A stretch of DNA of 64,000 bases from Podarcis melisellensis (taxonomy: Eukaryota). The DNA is taken from assembly GCA_964234715.1 (NCBI GenBank), contig OZ174284.1, one strand, 5' to 3'. The notes under the pieces are model-generated. The model was not told where the DNA came from. It ran no database searches and saw only the letters and a list, made by a program, of their open reading frames with translations. Positions 62,490 through 64,000 of this stretch are shown one piece after another. Position numbers and translations under genes: made by a program. The stretch's first letter is position 1. Each line of letters begins with the position of its first letter.

Positions 62490-63500
62490 ACGAGGACGGG
62501 GAGAAAAAGGCCTTCCAGCAGGCGGGAATGCACCTGAAAGAGACCAGCGCCCAGTCCCAGCCGCCAACCCCGGGCTCTGCCTTCGCGTCGGCGCGCGCCG
62601 CGCGCCCTTCCCGCACGTGCGAGGCTCCTTGCGCACGCGCGCTGGCCTCACGCCGCCGTCCCTCCTCCTCCTCCGCCAGCGCAGCGCCAAAGCCTCGGGT
62701 TCCTAGAAAGCGGCTGCTGGCGGAGAGGGGCGTGAGGCGAGTGGCCGGGGCTTTTGGCGCGGGTGCCCGAGCCCGGGCGGGCGGGCGGGCGCGCTCTTGG
62801 AACCGGCCGGCTCTTTTACCTTGCTTGGGGTGCAGGCGGGCTTCCCACGTCCTGGCGGCGAGCAGGGCGGCGAGGTACAGCAGCCGCGCCAACCCCTCCG
62901 GACCCCGCATGGTTCCGCCTGCCTCAAACGCCTCGGGCGCCGCTCCTTGCTGCCTCAGCGGCGGCCGCGGCAGCTACTGCAGCCGCTCGCCGGCTGGGCC
63001 GACCTCGGACGGCGCGGCTCCCTCATGTTCCCGCGGCGCCCGCGCTGCGCCCGCCGCCGACGCGTCTCCTCTTCCTCCTCCTCCGCCGCCTCTTCCTCTC
63101 CGCCCCGGCGTCCCCGCTCGCCTGGGACTTCTTCGCGAAAGGCGACGCTGCCGGCTCGGCGCGCCCTGCTGCTGCCGCTGCCGCCGCCTCCCCTCCACGT
63201 TCGCTCCCTCCAGAGCTGCTGCTGCCGCCGCCGCCTCGCTCTTTCCTGCCGCGCAAGGAGGGAAGGGTGCCAGCTTCGCGGACTCTCCGGCCACCCCGGG
63301 ACCCCCGACATCAAAGACTCTGCCCGCCCCCTTGGGGCAGGGACCTGACCAGCGATTGGAGGAGTCGCGGCGGCGGCGGCGCTACCGACTCGCTCGCGCT
63401 GGCTCGCTCTCGCACACGGAGCGGGCTGGAGGTTGCGCGGCTGGCTTGCCAGAGGCCGGTGGCGGAAAGGAACCGGCCCTGTAAGCAAGGCGTGCGGTTC
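62490..63500 (-). promoter_or_regulatory. CpG-island promoter and 5'UTR of ADAMTS20
   Basis: Abrupt GC/CpG-rich tract around exon 1; CCAAT (ATTGG 63355-63359), GC box 63323-63330, TCF/LEF-type ACATCAAAG 63308-63316. TSS cannot be located. Confidence 0.85.
62820..62910 (-). CDS. ADAMTS20: ADAMTS20 exon 1 (signal peptide MRGPEGLARLLYLAALLAARTWEARLHPKQ)
   Basis: ATG in context GGAACCATG; hydrophobic stretch; 91 nt; donor G|GTAAAA; phase fits exon 2. Confidence 0.9.
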
Positions 63501-63611
63501 TTGATTCCTGCATATAGGTAGCCTCGGGACAATAGAAAAGGAACCGGTGCAAAAATCCACCTTAAAAGTTCTGGGAAAGAAAGCACGAGAAATCGAATCC
63601 CAGTTGGGTTC

Positions 63612-63873
63612 TAGGGTTGCCAGATTTCGAAAAGTAAAAAAACCAGGACACCCCGAAAGTTCGTAGGAAGACCCCAAACTGCTGAACGCTTTTTTAAAAG
63701 GAAACCACCTAAATCATTGAGCTTTTTAAAAGGGAAAGACGTGGAAAAAACCCCATGATTTTTCGATTGACTTTCCTGAACTCCAGGACAAAGCACCACT
63801 TTTGGGAAGTTCCCCCCCAAATGTCAATTCCGCCTTTGAAATCCCAGTAGTGTCCAGACGTATGGCAGTCCTA
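63612..63873. mobile_element. hAT (Tip100-like) MITE upstream of the promoter
   Basis: TAGGGTTGCCA...TGGCAGTCCTA inverted ends; related ends at 47115, 47516-47688 and about 60765. Confidence 0.7.
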
Positions 63874-64000
63874 AACCCATAGAAGGCAGCCAGAACAAAC
63901 CCCCAAAGTAAGGCGGTTAGTCTCACTGGACTGGGCAAAGATGCTTAGGGAGGAGAGGGGGCTGCACTCTAGGTTGATGCTTGTCTGCTACTGGATTTTT

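Larger units (their letters stand above)
1..62910 (-). other. ADAMTS20: ADAMTS20 gene span (ATG to partial exon 29; 3' exons lie outside the window)
   Basis: 29 exons with GT-AG boundaries join in frame; exons 1-28 total 4284 nt. Domain order is signal peptide, prodomain, reprolysin catalytic, disintegrin-like, TSR1, Cys-rich, spacer, TSR array. Prodomain and spacer sequences match recalled ADAMTS20 rather than ADAMTS9. Confidence 0.95.

Noticed and set aside
1-62910. Assignment to ADAMTS9
   Set aside because: The catalytic core is ADAMTS9-like, but the signal peptide, prodomain, spacer and TSR sequences match recalled ADAMTS20
62425-63677. Long overlapping ORFs of up to 342 aa on both strands
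   Set aside because: Low-complexity Arg/Ala/Pro translations expected from stop-poor CpG-island DNA; only exon 1 and the uORF are supported

Overview
This is eukaryotic DNA from a squamate reptile, probably a lacertid lizard judging by the Sauria SINE and Squam3-like repeats. One minus-strand gene, ADAMTS20, spans almost the whole window. Its CpG-island promoter and ATG lie at about 62.9 kb. I traced 28 complete GT-AG coding exons (4284 nt, in frame throughout) and most of exon 29 at the left edge; the remaining TSR and GON-1 exons fall outside the window. The introns hold SINEs, L2/CR1/L1/Penelope fragments, two solo LTRs, several MITE families and a decayed DDE transposase. The most unusual signals are: (1) a circularly permuted, CpG-decayed 18S rRNA fragment in intron 2; (2) an in-frame Val-Arg-stop read-through at the exon 28 donor followed by a 3'UTR-like tract, suggesting a short isoform without GON-1; (3) inverted MITEs flanking the in-frame 750-nt block of exons 5-11; (4) an invertebrate-type transposase fossil. 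No prokaryotic systems or CRISPR arrays are present. Comparisons to mammalian ADAMTS20/9, 18S rRNA and repeat families are from memory, not database searches.
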